Shown here piece after piece: positions 14,401 through 29,400 of a DNA stretch of 64,000 bases; the stretch's first letter is position 1; every line of letters starts with the position of its first letter. Where the stretch lies: assembly GCF_964355755.1 (NCBI RefSeq), contig NC_092675.1, positions 6,319,812 to 6,383,811 on the forward strand, in the 5' to 3' direction. The position numbers and the translations under genes were made by a program. The notes beneath the pieces are model-generated. The model saw only the letters and a list, made by a program, of their open reading frames with translations. It was not told where the DNA came from and made no database searches. The DNA is from Antedon mediterranea. Taxonomy: Eukaryota > Animalia > Echinodermata.

Positions 14401-17400
14401 TACATTATTTAATTATCTCCCACATCATTATTGTATGTTAAGCTACGTTGTCATTAGGCCGGCTGGATAAAGGCTCATAAAAATGTGGTATTGAAAGATT
14501 ATGAAAGAAACATTATAACTGGGTTGTGCTGTTTTTCTTCTGACGCATCAGGTGGCACCAATATGGAAACTAACTATAAAATAAAAATATCTTTAAAGCT
14601 CTGTCTACACTATGAAACTAGTTTGTGATATGTGATGTGCCCAAATATGGTAGTGATATGATGTCATCATGTCCATATATGGGCACATCACATTTTTTTT
14701 GTCAAACTAGTTTGATAGTGTAGACAAAGCAACCATGCTTCTTTAAAATAGAGTGGAACCCATTTATAATTTTAATGTAACCATACCAATCATATAGATA
14801 ACAGGATATGTATTTATACAAGACAAAAAAAAAGAATTTTCATAAACCTTTGCCATTAAACTCAGGAAGCATTTCGGATTGGTTTCTATGAGAACAAAGT
14901 TGTTGTGTTTCTTGTACAAGCCTTTATGACCCTGAAATGATGATCTAAAGTAATTCATAACACTATAATAGTTTTCTTATCCTTTTCATATACATGTTAA
15001 TTTTGTAAATTAATGAATGTGGAAACAAAAGTGCTAGGCCTAAATGGGTAAACCTAACAGCCTTCACTACCAACACAAGCAGATGATTTGTCAGAGATAT
15101 TTAAGATTAATTGCCATAGTACTAGAATACAAATTTCAAGGGAAATGCTGCAAGTAGTTATTAGCACAGAACTGTATGCGGAATTTAACACAATTAGTAA
15201 TTTATACAATAAATATTCTACGTTAATGAATACTGTTTATTAACATTAATTATAACCATATACAGGGGCGTTGTCAAGGGGTGGGGGAAGAGTTGATTGG
15301 TCGTTAGGTCCAAGAGACAATTATGTTGAAATCGTTGTCATCATCAACCGAAAAAAACAAACAATCCTATAGATTTATAATACTACTAGGGTATGATTGT
15401 GTATTTATACTACTGAAACATGTATACAGTAGTAGTTTACCAAGTAGGTCTACTTTTGCATCAAAGTACTTTAACATTGCATCTGAATAAAACAAACTGT
15501 ATCGGTAATAATGCAATTATTACCTAGATATTAAAAAATCCCAAAATGTTCTTACTTCATGGCCATAGCGAGGGGTTAAAAACAGACGAAGATGCTTTAA
15601 ATATATTTATTAATATAAAATATGACGATATATGCTGGGAAATGGGGTGGTTAAAATTTAATACCAGGCGAGCCTCACGCTGGCTACTGCCCTGTACTTG
15701 CACATGAGCCTCGGTGTGTGGCCTTCAACACCCCTCGCCCCCTCACCCTATATAAGGAATGTAGATGCTTCTTACAAAAAAGCTGGTGATGGCACTTAAA
15801 AACTGCAAGTTTTAAACAGAAACAGGAAACTCAGAAGGGGTAATTAGAAATTTGTTGTAAAACGACACAATTACATGAAAATTGATAATCAGGTTTAATT
15901 ATATTTCGTATCTTATTACTATAGTATAGCACATGAGAATGGAAGGTACACCACCTACTGTACCATGCAAATGACCTGTAATTGTAATATTGAACCTACC
16001 TGTAAGCTAAACCTAAAAATACATATTTTTTAAAATTATGTTCTGCTATGGTTCACTACTTGAAATAATCTGTTAATCTATAGTTTACTCTGAGGACTTT
16101 CAAATCTAATTTTACACATCTTAGACACAATACTCTGACATCTCATTACCATAATATAATAAGATTCTTAGCTCTGTCTACACTATCAAACTTTATGTAA
16201 CAGAAAATGTGATGTGCCCATATATGAACATAATGACCATATTTGGGCACAGCACACTTTTTTTTCAAACTAGTTCAAACCTCATTGTTAATTTACAAGA
16301 CTAGATGGTATGGTCGCTTCGCTCGTGTACCATCTAGGTACATTGTCGTTTACAGAAACGAATAAATAGACACGATCATTTATGTAAAATTAGCACCCTG
16401 AGAATTAGTCCTTGTCTTAAAAATGAGTCCAAATTTTGTATTTAAACAAACTCAATTTGTGTTTTGTATATAACATTAGAGTTGAGGGATGGGGAAGAGG
16501 ATGGGAAGAACAATTTTTAAATATATTCTCTATCCACTCAGTAACGAAATATTGTTTTTAAATGTTTTATAGACCTATCAATAATATACCACTAAACACA
16601 GTAAAACATTTACTGTACGATTTATAATACTTTTTAAAAATTGTCCCTGTTAAAGTTGATTGAAATAGTAAAGTACATGTATTAACCACTATGACGTTTA
16701 TTATTTTTTATAATTATTAATAATTAATACAAACGTTGAGAAGCAACTGTCAGTAATCTACCCACAGTCACAGTAATAAATGTTCTTTGTATATTTTGTT
16801 TATATCTAACAGTAACCACATTCGCAGTAAGACAATTTCGATTCAAATGGCGACCAAAAATGGTTTAATACGTACAGTATTTACAATATTGTCAAAGTAT
16901 TCCGATACTATATACAGTATAAGTTTTATTCTCCAAGGGCCCATAAATTTACCTACTTGTGTTAAACCAAGAGCTCATAAATTTACCTACAAACTGGGAG
17001 TCAGAGGATATGTTCAAACTCACGGAGTTACGGTGGAGTTATCTACACAAGGCGTACGGTAATCCGTGGCGTTAAAACACCCCTAGTTGAGGCAAATCGT
17101 TGAACCTAAATTCGTTTTCATTGTCAATAACTAATTATCTAACTAAATTTATATAGTAAACAGGGTTACATCAGGTGGTTAAAATCAGTACCGAGATTCT
17201 AACCAACTTTATATACCATCGAGTAAACATTCTAGAAATAACGCGCGATTTACCGAATTTTGCTCTTACGTCAAATTTTTACAATTTTTAGATATGTTTT
17301 GTACCGTAGTAGATCATTAAATAATACAAAGTGATACAATATTTAAATAAATACTGAAATAAAATTTTATTAAAAACCAGGATTTTCTTTTTCTATAGTA

Positions 17401-20400
17401 GCCGTTCCAATAAATATTTTAGGTTTGAAAAACAGTTTACTTAATAATAATAGACAAACAAACAGAGCTGAATCAAGGCGTTTAAGTAATATTAAAATCT
17501 ATAATTTAAAGTTTTTCTCTTTTATAATATAATAGCAAGGTTTCGCAATCTTACGAATACGATAACGAAAACGGATACGTCACGCACACGTATTCGTTTT
17601 TCGTAAGCCAGTAAAAATCTGTTTCGCATGGCAACGAAATATTGAGGGCGCCGTCCAAAATATGACTGCGGTAAATGTGAGCATAGTCAATAGAAAGTAA
17701 ACTATAATGTGAGGGAAGCGCAGGTACGTATTGCTTGGTGCTTGGCTGCCTAGGCCTAGCGTAACATCAAAGCGAGTGAAGACTTTAAAAATTGCTATTT
17801 TATCAAAATTTTCCTGGCATTTTAGTAAATTACTTTAGTAAATTACTTTCAATAAAAGTATAATTATATTATAATCATGAATCATTCCTGATTCAAATGC
17901 AAAATGTGCAAAATAGATCAAAAACTATACTCGTTTTGTAGTTACGAATATGACTGCTGATATTCGTCAACACGAATACGCTTTACGAATATGAAATGGG
18001 GATCAGCTCAAAAGTTTCACAAATGTGTGACGTATCCGTTTTCATTATCGTATTCGTAAGGTTGCGAAACCTCCCTATTATATAAAACATGTTTTACTGG
18101 TACTTTATACTTCCCATATACAGTAACAGCTTTATGGATCTGACACAGTTTACAGCACAATAGCTTTAAAGCTTTAAAACCACTTTTACTACAAATAGAT
18201 TTATAAATATTAAATATTGACATTTTTTATTGATGATTTTTTTAAACCCATAATCTACATTGCAGAGATTCTTCCGTTATCTGTGAGGATTCGCCATTAA
18301 TCAACAGTTCTTATATCTGTGATATTCATAACTTGGGATCTGGCTATTATCGGCGCATCTTAATAAACGCCACCTTTCAAAACCAAACCGAAATCTTACA
18401 GACCTACTATTCAGCAATGGAATGTGGTGAGAAAGTTTGTTTATTTCTGCTGTAACTGTAAAAAGTAGAAAGTGACCTTTTCAAATTAGACCAGCAGCGG
18501 AACTGATGGTCACTGTAAATCTAGGCCTAAATAACATGGCAATATTTGACCCTTTTGTACCTGAAAGAGTCTTACCCAGTGGTAATTTTAAGTACTTTGC
18601 TTATTACACAGTAAGTTCAGGAAACTTTAGTTTTGTCAACTTTAAAGATGTATTGTTCCCCAAAAACAAAAACAAATGAAGGTTAATTAAATCAGACTTT
18701 GAATATGTTATTTTGTAGTTTTAATAAAGTTAATCACTTCCGTAGAAAAGAAAACGTGAAAAAAATGTTTTTCGCTTACAAAATGACAAAATAAATGGTT
18801 AAATTCAACCAAAACCCAATTGGCATTGGGTCGCAGCCAATTTGTTTGACCATTTAAAAAAAATACAGTATTTTCAGATAAATATATTTATTTTTTTGAT
18901 CCAATTTTTGCTCAAAGTGGATAACTATTATGTTACATTAAAATGGCATATTCAACCAAAATTTTGTTAAGAATTATTTTTTTAGGGGGACAATACATCT
19001 TTAAGCATTTAGTTTTATGAAAACCCCAGATTTACTATACAGTATAGATTTTTTGAAATTTTAGTTGAAATAAATGTGTTTGCAAGTTATATTGTATCAT
19101 TCTGACCGAATTGTTGACTATTTTGTTCTAAGCAGCATTAGCACATTTTACACACACTAGCATAGAAAGAGTTGTGTAATGTATTTGTGTGGGTTTCCAA
19201 GGTTGTCTTATATTATTCTACAATTGTTAGCTAGATTATGATCATAACCTTGTATTAAATGTTATCGGACGTTTCAGTGTTAATAATAACTTAATAATAT
19301 TAACGGTAAGCTACATCAAACATAATCACTTAGTGGTTATTACCTAAGCATAGTTTACCATAGGAATTATTAAAGCCTAGAAAAATGAGAACTTTTTAAA
19401 CTCTCTTTATGCGCGAAAATACTGTTTATGGTCGAGTTGGTATGAAAATTATAGGGTGGAATTATACTCGGATTAGATTAACAATGGATTTACCTATTAG
19501 AGCCTGGGGTTATACTCGGTCATGGTACGGAATATCGTTTCTAAATAAATTGAATCATTTATTTTCACTAACTGGATAGAATCAAATATATTCCAGCGGC
19601 ATTTAAATAACATGAGATAAGATAAATCATTTAACATGCTCTGTTGAACTAACAATAACATTGATAATTGAAGTAAAAAAAATACATATTTCACTTGTAA
19701 TATAATTTCTAATTCTATATTCATCATGAGAGTTTCCTATAGAAAACTGTTTGGACAGAAATGACAGTTGCGCAGAAAAATAAAATGCTGTTGATTTAAT
19801 TTCTTTACTTTATCGTTTATCTGAGACCAAGTGACAAATCTTACCAGTATCACAGTTTGTAGGCCTAATAATTATATTGAAATGTATTTTAGTTTTATTT
19901 AAAACTGGTAGGAAAATATAGTAGAACATCTATTAAGGGGACACCTTTGAGACCCAACAAAGTGTCCACTAAATATACAGTAGGTGTCCCTTAATATACA
20001 GTAAGTGTCCACTTAATATACAGTAAGTGTCACTTAATATACAGTAGGTGTCCCCTAAATAGGAGCTGCTTGTAGTGTTAAAATATATATTTTCGTTTCA
20101 CTTAAAAGTATCCCCTTAACCCTTTGAAGACGCGAGGTTTATACCCCAAGTGACTGAGGCTAAATATATTTTTAATAGGTTTAGGAAAAATGCAAATACA
20201 TTTTTATGATTGTGTAACTCTCTGCAATTGTTGTTGGTTTTATTGATGTGAAATGTTTTGGCCTCCCAAAAAATTGTTTAAATGCTCATAAAGTGCAATT
20301 CAGTGACCCCAAAAAGTCAACCCGTACATATACGGGCCTCGCGTCCTGGGACAGTAAATTACCTGTATGGGATACAGACCTTGTCTTCAAAGGGTTAATG

Positions 20401-23400
20401 AGTTGGGGTGTCCACTGAATATTCAATTAATTCTCTTTTGTCAATCTAGCCGTACCAAATCCGCCTAGCAAAGTTTTTGCTAAGCCACTAACAAGCAACT
20501 CGTTTGAAGTGTCATGGACTGTACCAAAAGATTGGCCTCTGGACAACGAACAGTTACTTTCATATCAGATACAGTACCAGTCTGAGTTTGACAACAAATG
20601 GAGAGAGGTGAGGCTGTTTAAAGATAAGTTTGATAAATTTCTGATTTCATTGAGCTAAGCATTTTACCTTCCGAACAGTGGATATAATTTTGCAGTGGCA
20701 GAATTAAAGGAGCCCAGGTCATTGTAAATTAAAGTTTGAAAATAAATGTCCTATTTTTTTGCATTTTAATTTTCAAAATTAAAAGGTAGAGGTATTTGTT
20801 GTCATCCCCAAGCTTAACTAGAAATTGACGAAATTTGAATTAGACCCCCTTTATGGACCCACGAAAGCCAGCTGTGTAGCGCCAGCCCCTCCCCCTTGGA
20901 TGGGCCGCTTATGTAAAGAAATAAAGATACAAAACACATTCCAACATTAGAAGTTTCAATCTTTTTAGATAAAGATTGTTAAAACGTTGAATACTCAACA
21001 TGTGTTCCATTTCTCTTTTTATATATCTTCTTGAACTGTAGATATAATTTAAACATTTCGTAAGTGCTTTCACCTTTTTGGAATAGGCTGTTTTTTCTTG
21101 TTATTAAAGTAGCGTTTCCCGTAAGTCTAAAGGAGTATTATCTGGTTTCAGGTTATTGAAATTTCTGTAGACATTACATTAACATATTCCAGCTGTTTAT
21201 ATACATGAATCATAACATTTTAAAGAACTGTGATTAAATTTGTATTATCTGAATATAATTCTTTATGTTAAACCATTGATATGCGTACTTGTCAACCAAT
21301 CTGCATCTGGCAATGACTAGATGCTAGTGGTTGCTAGGAGTGGCTTTGTTATACAGCAGCGCCCCTTTTGGTAGCCTTGCTAAATTGATGTTATTTCTAC
21401 ATTTGTATTTAGGCGAAGGATAGCCACACTCAAAAGCCTCCTTATTCTCAGACGGTATCCAACGTACCTTATCATTGTTCTAGCTACAAAGTGAAAATCA
21501 TATGTAGAACTTCAGGTGTGACGGGAAAACAAAGTGCGTGGTCTAACATTGTGTCTGTACGAACAACCCAGCTTGGTAAAGTTTAACATATTTATTTTCA
21601 ATTTAATGCTCTGTCTACGCTATCAAACTACAGTAGTTTGACAAAAAAAGTGTGATGTGCCCAAATATGGTAGTGATATTACATCATCATGTCCATATAT
21701 GGGCACGTCACATTTTTTTGTCACTTAGAGTTTGATAATTTAGACAAGGCTTTAGATCTTTCAAGAACCTATGTATGAAATTATTGTGTCATATCGTATA
21801 ATTTGTACCATGCACATTATGCAGTATACTGCACATCTACTTTAAGGCCTTCAGTAAAATACAGTATCTATTATACAGTACAGTACTGTAAAATATAGTA
21901 CATTTACAGTTTCATTTCATTTCATTTATTTATTTGACCAACAAAACATAATATACAATGTACAAAGATGAATTGGTCAGGGACTGCTAAAGTAATATGA
22001 TTACTGTAACTACAAGAGTCAGCAGTCCCATGATCTTAACTAAAATAAATATATAATTTTATACACAAATAAAGTATAAAGCTGTGAGTTATACAGTTAT
22101 ATAAACAGTATCCTATACATTACATTTGCGATATACAAAAAGCCTACATCTACAGCTAATAAGCCTATAGAAAGTTGGAAAATATTGGAAAAACTATGTT
22201 TAGATATAACGTTTTTCTTGTACATACTTAAAATTATGTACACAAATATATATACAGAAAACATTAATATTATGAACATTATTTTATAATTTTTCGATTA
22301 GATAGCCAAAGGCCTGTTGTCAGTGCGTAGATCGCAACATATAATTATGCAGAATTATGTTGTCAAGAAAAATTAAAAAAATGTATAGAACAATTGATAA
22401 ATATCAAAGTATGTTGTCTGTCTCTTCACGCTTGATACATCTCCTACAGAAATGAAGATTATGTTATTATTTTTCAATTATGTTTCATCTTTTAATTATT
22501 TTTTTCATGTTTATAATGAGGCATGTTTCTACTGATAAGATATTTACTATTAAACCTAGAATTCCTTGGAGAAGATGCATACTTCATTTTAACAGGATAA
22601 ATAAAATGTTGAAATGAAATTCTGCAAAATGCATGAAATTGAAATTACCAAAGCAAATCATTGAAGTATACAATTCATTTTTTGCTGGTCTATGGCATTG
22701 TTGAACATTTTTGAAGTTATATATACTCCAAAAGATAAATATATAAACAATGTATTTAGATGTACTCTGTATTGAACCTTTTTTTAACATTTGAAAATGT
22801 CTGTTCAATTGTTAATAATTGTTTCGCTGTATACGTATGGTTCTGAGTAACTTTAATAATCCCTCGGGTAATGTACTCAATAAGCGGTAACTTCAATTAA
22901 TCAGAATATTAAATTATGCTATATTTATCAAATCTACATATCATGGAACATCTGAGATAGTTAGGGTGATTATTGAACGTAGACGGTTATGTAAACACCG
23001 CCTATCTCGGAATTAATCATATCTTTACATTACCTAATGCCATGGAGTCAGTGGCATAATGACTATGAGCGCTCACTTGCTAAACCCAGGGGCCCCGGAG
23101 CTTATGGGGCCCCTGACAGTTCCCAGAGGAAAAAACAGGCATTAAAATATGTTGGAAAAAGGCTAAAAATTCCTGAGGCCTCCAGCGTTGGAGGGCCACT
23201 TAAGGTTCCTAAACCATGGAGTACTTTACCTTGTGTGTGTATAACTATACAGTCAGCTCTTTCAAAACTAAAATTTTTGCTCAATCAGCCCTAAATTACA
23301 AAAAACAAGCAGGATTAGTTCTGATCAAAGCTCTATTGACAGTTAGAGCAAACTGTCAATAACAGTTGGTTTATAATGAAGAAATCTTTCTATATTCTAA

Positions 23401-26400
23401 CACAAGATGAAATTATTTATACAGAGTCTCAAATTAGTTCATCCTTTTAAATTACTTAATAAATACATACTGACAATCATGAAAGCTAAGTGCTTCAGTT
23501 TTGTTTGTGAATTAGTTGATGTTTCAAGATCAGTGTCCTTAAAAGTGTAATAAATTTAAATATCAATCAAAAACGAAACTATATATGTGCAGTTTATAGG
23601 CATCAGCGCAATCTCATTTTTCTCCCTGAGGGTTCTTGGCACCCATATTACAGACGCTTATTTTCTGTCCACTCCAGAGAAAGCGTGAACTAGTAGAGCG
23701 AAGTAACCCCATAAAATTTACACTGGACTCTTTCGAGAAGACTCTTCGAGTGAGTGACTGTATCCATGCCATTGAAGCAGCTAACTGCCTCCATATCTTA
23801 ATCGCACAATCATATACACACATTTATTCTATTCATACGTTTTGACTTTGACTTTCATAAACCCTTTTAAACTTGGGCATAATGTTATATAATTATGTAT
23901 GAATACTTGGAAATATAATTCTGGAGGCAAAAACAATTTTCTCAATAAATTTGTACCTTTCATTTCAATAGATGTAATTTACTTTCTCTAATAAAATGTT
24001 TACGATCTTGTACATTTTGTGCCACTGTACCATGCATGAATGGTTTGCATGTACGTGTGCAGTATAACTCGGCTCTAAACAAATGAATGATTGATGTCGT
24101 TTGCTATTGTTGAAAGTTAAATAATAAAACTGCCTTTTGCTAATAAATTTATATTTAGCATCATAACATAACATATCTTTCCTTTATCTCTAACTAATTG
24201 CAAATATATAATTGGTCAGATGTTTTGCCCTACTCTGACGTAATTTGTACTTTGTACTAAGTACATTGAGAATAAATTGGGAAAATATATGCAAGTAATT
24301 CTAGGGTGAGACTAGAACCCACAACCTCTAGATCACTAGCCTGGCGTTCATATCTCTAGACCACCGAGATTGCGCTGATGGCTATAAACTGCAAATATAT
24401 AGTTTATAGTTATTTAATTTTGTTTTTCAATACTCTTAAGGTATAAAATATAGAGAATGTTTTTTTATTCATTATATGATTATATATTTCTGGTTCAAAG
24501 CCTGTGGCTCTATTCACCAATCAAATTTAAGTGAGATATTTCCATTAAATATTATGTATTTCACTTAACTTAATAAATATCATATATACTTAACTCAATA
24601 AATATTTAAGTATTTCCCTTAAATCTTATTCAATTGGATTCGAGAGATTATTTTAATTTTAATGATTGGTGATTCCCTTACCTAAATGTGAATTGTGAAT
24701 ACGGCCACTGGTTTACAGTACAGGTAGGTGAAAGTTTACAGTGAAATAAAATGTGAAATGTTTTACTTACAGCGCCTATTGGAGAGATACATAACATCGA
24801 TTTTCAACATCTGTATGACAAGAAAGACAGCCGACGTGTTTTATTGATGTGGAAGGTAGCTATTAACAAACCTGTATCCCTTTTAATAGTTCTTTGCTTA
24901 AAAATTATATGTTTACATTGAACTGATCAGTTTCATTGAAAATGTCATGAGAAAATCACAGATGATTGTTGAAAGATGTGATGTTATGCCTTAATTATAA
25001 AACCTAAATTGAAATTGAGAAAGGTATTAACACTGCAGACATATTGCTTTTATGGCTTTAAATCTCTATAATCTCTATCTAATATCTATAATCTCTATTT
25101 AAATATCTACAATATGCTATATAGGCCATTATATATATTTTATATTATATATTCTAATTTACCTCCGCCAATTAAATTTTGGGATTTAAATTTTCCCAAT
25201 TCTGGACCACTTTTTAATATACTTTTCAGACCTGTTAGTGTTAGTGTTAAAAGATAGGACAGAATTTTTCAAAAGCCGGAGAGCAGTCTTAAAGTAACAA
25301 GTAAACTGAAATTGCATTTTCTCGAGAACTACTTGTCCAAAAAACTTCATTTTTGTACAAGAGGCAAGAGTTATAATTTGTGATTTGTAATTTTAAAACA
25401 TAATTTGATTTAATGTACACCTTTTTTGATGCGAGTAGTTTAAAAACCCTATTTCTTTTCAAATTCACTTGTTTGATTTTTGCGTTGCTGTTCTATTGTT
25501 AGTCAACTGAAGCTATTGTTTAATTGAAAGGCTTGTTAATGTTACATAACCATTACACCAAACTCGCATACACATGCTTGTAGTGAAATAAGCCTAAATC
25601 TCAAACAGCATTAAGACACACACAAATATATTTTTTCATGGAGAAATCTTATGTAGGGGAATTTTACAGTAGGCGGAGGTATGCACTCTCGGAGTGGCTT
25701 TCTAGTTATATGTTTTCATTGTGCAATTGGGACCGTTTTAGAGGTGTTTACCACCTGTTGATCCTATCCTTCACTAATGTGTTTTGTCTTTCTGTACTGT
25801 TTTATAGTGAGAAGTTGAATAAATTTAAAAGAACAAACCAAAAGTTTGCATTTGCACTATGACCTTTAATTACTTTAGAAAATACAGTATAAACACAATT
25901 GAAATTTCAGTTATGCTTAAAACGGAACCCCTGTGGGAGGAGCAAATATGCAATAACACTATAGTTAAACCCTATTCAAAGGGATATTTTATTTGGCCCC
26001 AAAGGTGTCCCCTAATATGGGTTCCACTATAATACATTTATATGCAAAGTTGATCAACACAGTTAAAGACACCTTCCCTACAATTTGTGAGGTTTTGTAA
26101 AAATAATACATATACATAACTTTAAAAACATTAAACCAGGTCATTCCTTTGTCTTAAATGTACGTTTTATGGTAAATTATGATAAAAAGTGAGAAACAAT
26201 GCACTACCTAAGTAGCTCGCGGCGACTGACCTCTTGTGGACGGTCTTTAGGCCTAGCTCAGCTAGGCTTAGTTTTGTAGGCCTAGCTGGTAAACATCGGT
26301 AACGTACGAACATCGTACGCTAGCTATATACCTGACGTTGTATAGTTGCTGCATTAATTGTCTTTCTATTTTTGCCAGACTCCGTTGATACAAATTGGGG

Positions 26401-29400
26401 AAAACCCGGTATTTTCGCTGAAAAGTTAGGAGTCTTCCATTTGTTTTGGCTTCACGATCGATCGAAAAGTGGGCGAATTACAGGTGAAAAACAAAAATAT
26501 CAATCCGCGCGCAATGCATTTTGGGATTTATAGCGGGCCGCTATAATTATTAGAATCAACTTATTTTTCACATTTTTAACCATTTAAAGACGAAAAAAGT
26601 TATCACAATGCCAATAGGACCACATAGTATTATTTTTACATTAAATATAGTTTGTGATCTTAAAGACCCCTTCCCTGCAATTTTGGACGTTTTTTGGAAA
26701 ACAATACATATATATCACTTTAAAAACATTAAACCATGTCATTCCTTGTCTTAAATGTACGTTTTATGGTAAATTATGATAAAAAGTGAGAAACAATGCA
26801 CTACCTAAGTAGCTCGCGGCGATCGACCTCTCGTGGACGGTCTTAGGCCTAGCCTAGCTAGGCTTAGTTTTGTAGGCCTAGCTAGTAAACATCGATAACG
26901 TACGAACATCGTACGCTAGCTATATACCTAGCCTGACGTTGTATAGTTGCTGCAAATTGGGGAAAACCCGGTATTTTCGCTGAAAAGTTAGGAGTCTTCC
27001 ATTTGTTTTGGCTTCACGATCGATCGAAAAGTGGGCGAATTACAGGTGAAAAACAAAAATATCAATCCGCGCGCAATGCATTTTGGGATTTATAGCGGGC
27101 CGCTATAATTATTAGAATCGACTTATTTTTCACATTTTTAACCGTTTAAAGACGAAAAAAGTTATCGCAATAGGACCATATAGTATTATTTTTACATTAA
27201 ATATAGTTTGTGATCTTAAATTAGATCTAAAAAACGTAGGGAATGGGGCTTTAAAATAGATCTAAAAAACGTAGGGAAGGTGTCTTTAAATGTGTTGTGG
27301 TATTCTGACCAAATAACTTTATAAGTCAATCATAGTCTTTAATTTAACTTGTTTTTTATATCACTGTTTTTGTTATATTTACGTGTTTAATTCTATACTT
27401 TGTAATGTTTATATTTTTTATTTTAGATTGTAAAAGGATCCCAATGGAAATAAGCTGATAAGCTTTTTGGGCTATCCTGGAAAATCTTTTATAAATGTAT
27501 TATTTGTAATGTCCGTAATTTATGTTATCACTTTGTATGTATTTTTTATGATGATTTTCCAAATAAATTCAATTCAATTCAATTCAACAATAACCACGCA
27601 TTTTGCAATATTGTATAAGTTATAAAGTGGTTGCTGTTGTTATGTCTCTGTACTATTACTAATTTATATGAAAACCTAATTCGCTAACAATAACATTCTT
27701 CTTTTTTTTGCTGGTATGAATACCATTTTGCAATAGAGCAATAAATGTTTATATCTATAGTATTCCATCTAGATTCAAAACAGATAATGAGAAAGAATTG
27801 CAATATGTTTAGGTTCATAAATTATTACAAAAATAAGTACTAAAGAAACTATTTAATATTTGCATAATTTAGTTAAGGAATGAATAAAATGTGGTTACTG
27901 CTGTAATAACTGCAGGGTATTAACTTTGACATGGTCCTTAGGAGTGTTTTAATTATTAGTGCAGAGGCAATTTTAATATTTATGTTCAATTAATTCTTAT
28001 TCCTCAGGTGGTCATCTCTTAGTTTGTTTAGAACAAATTAGGTAAATTTAGACTATAAATATATTGATGAACATGATATTATAATATTTTGTTGATTTCT
28101 TTTAGCCTATTCCGTTAACAAAGGCGTGTAGTCCAATTCTGGGTTACTATATAATGGTTTGCAGTGCACCAGACAAGTGTACAGTCATCAGTATTCCATA
28201 TAACAGTACGCAGTACTATGTCAAAGGTATTTATAGATTTCTTTTTTAATCAAACACTCTTTAATTATCTAGTGTTGTCAGAATTAATATAGATTATTTT
28301 TATTAGAGTATTCATCTAAATGTCTGTCTACACTATCAAACTTCATGTGACTTTTCGCCCATTTATTATATTTGGGCATATCACTACCATATTTGGGTAT
28401 ATCACTACCATATTTGGGCACATCGCACTTTTTTTTAGCAAACTAGTTTGATAGTGTTTTATCTAGTTTGATAGTGTAGACAGACACATGTGGAGTATGA
28501 ATTTGTTTTTGGTGTTTTTGATTCATAAACACTTTTTTTTACATATAAAAGATAAAAACATTTCTTCTAGTAAAATCTGATTTCAATAATAATATAGCTT
28601 TCTTTCATTCATTCAATCTCTCATTTTTGTAACTTCTGGTCCATAGAAAATAAGAATATACGTATATATTAACGTAAAAATAAACTCTACTTTTACTATA
28701 ATACAATAAGACATTCCCTCATCTCAGGATGGTATTCCACCTGGAGAGATTTTTTGACTTATAATAAACTTATAAAGTCTAATAATTTAATTACCACCTG
28801 TTTAAAATTAAATTACATTTTATTTTTCAGACTTGGATGCAAGTTTGGCTTACACAATATATCTGAGTGCATACAACATTGTTGGACAGTCTCAAATGGT
28901 TAATATAACCATCCCAGCAGGTGTTCCTAGTACACAACAAGGTAAAACTGATTAAACGTAATATAATTAAAAATAATAATAATCAACATTTTTATCTCAC
29001 CAGTTAAAAAATGATTGTATAGTATACAACGGTTTTTAAATTAATTTTAAAAGAATCTAAGGTAGGTGAATGTTTGACAAGAAGTGGGAGTTTTTTTTTC
29101 AAAAAAGGATGAAACGAAAAAAGTTTTTGAGTTGAATAGGGAGAGTATTTCCATGAGTTGCCAGATTCCAATTAAACTAATATTTAACAAAAAAACTGTA
29201 TTATTATTAACTGTTTTATAACAAAAAAATTAACTTGCATTCAATTGGGCCGCTGGTGCCAAATCTTCCAGCAACAGGGAACCATGGTGATACACGGCTA
29301 TTGTGCATGAAACTTACAAATTTGTGCCTAGCAGCATCAACTGTGTTTTGTTAGTGTTTGCCTCTGCTTAAAGTCTACTTCTAGACTTATTGTGACCACC

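Noticed and set aside
23037-23845. Paired short ORFs on both strands in a receptor intron
   Set aside because: No domain motifs or fitting splice sites; the first overlaps a GC-rich MITE-like remnant.
29271-29355. Candidate extra FnIII exon before the TM exon
   Set aside because: Phase-1 translation is not FnIII-like, ends in a stop and has no convincing donor.
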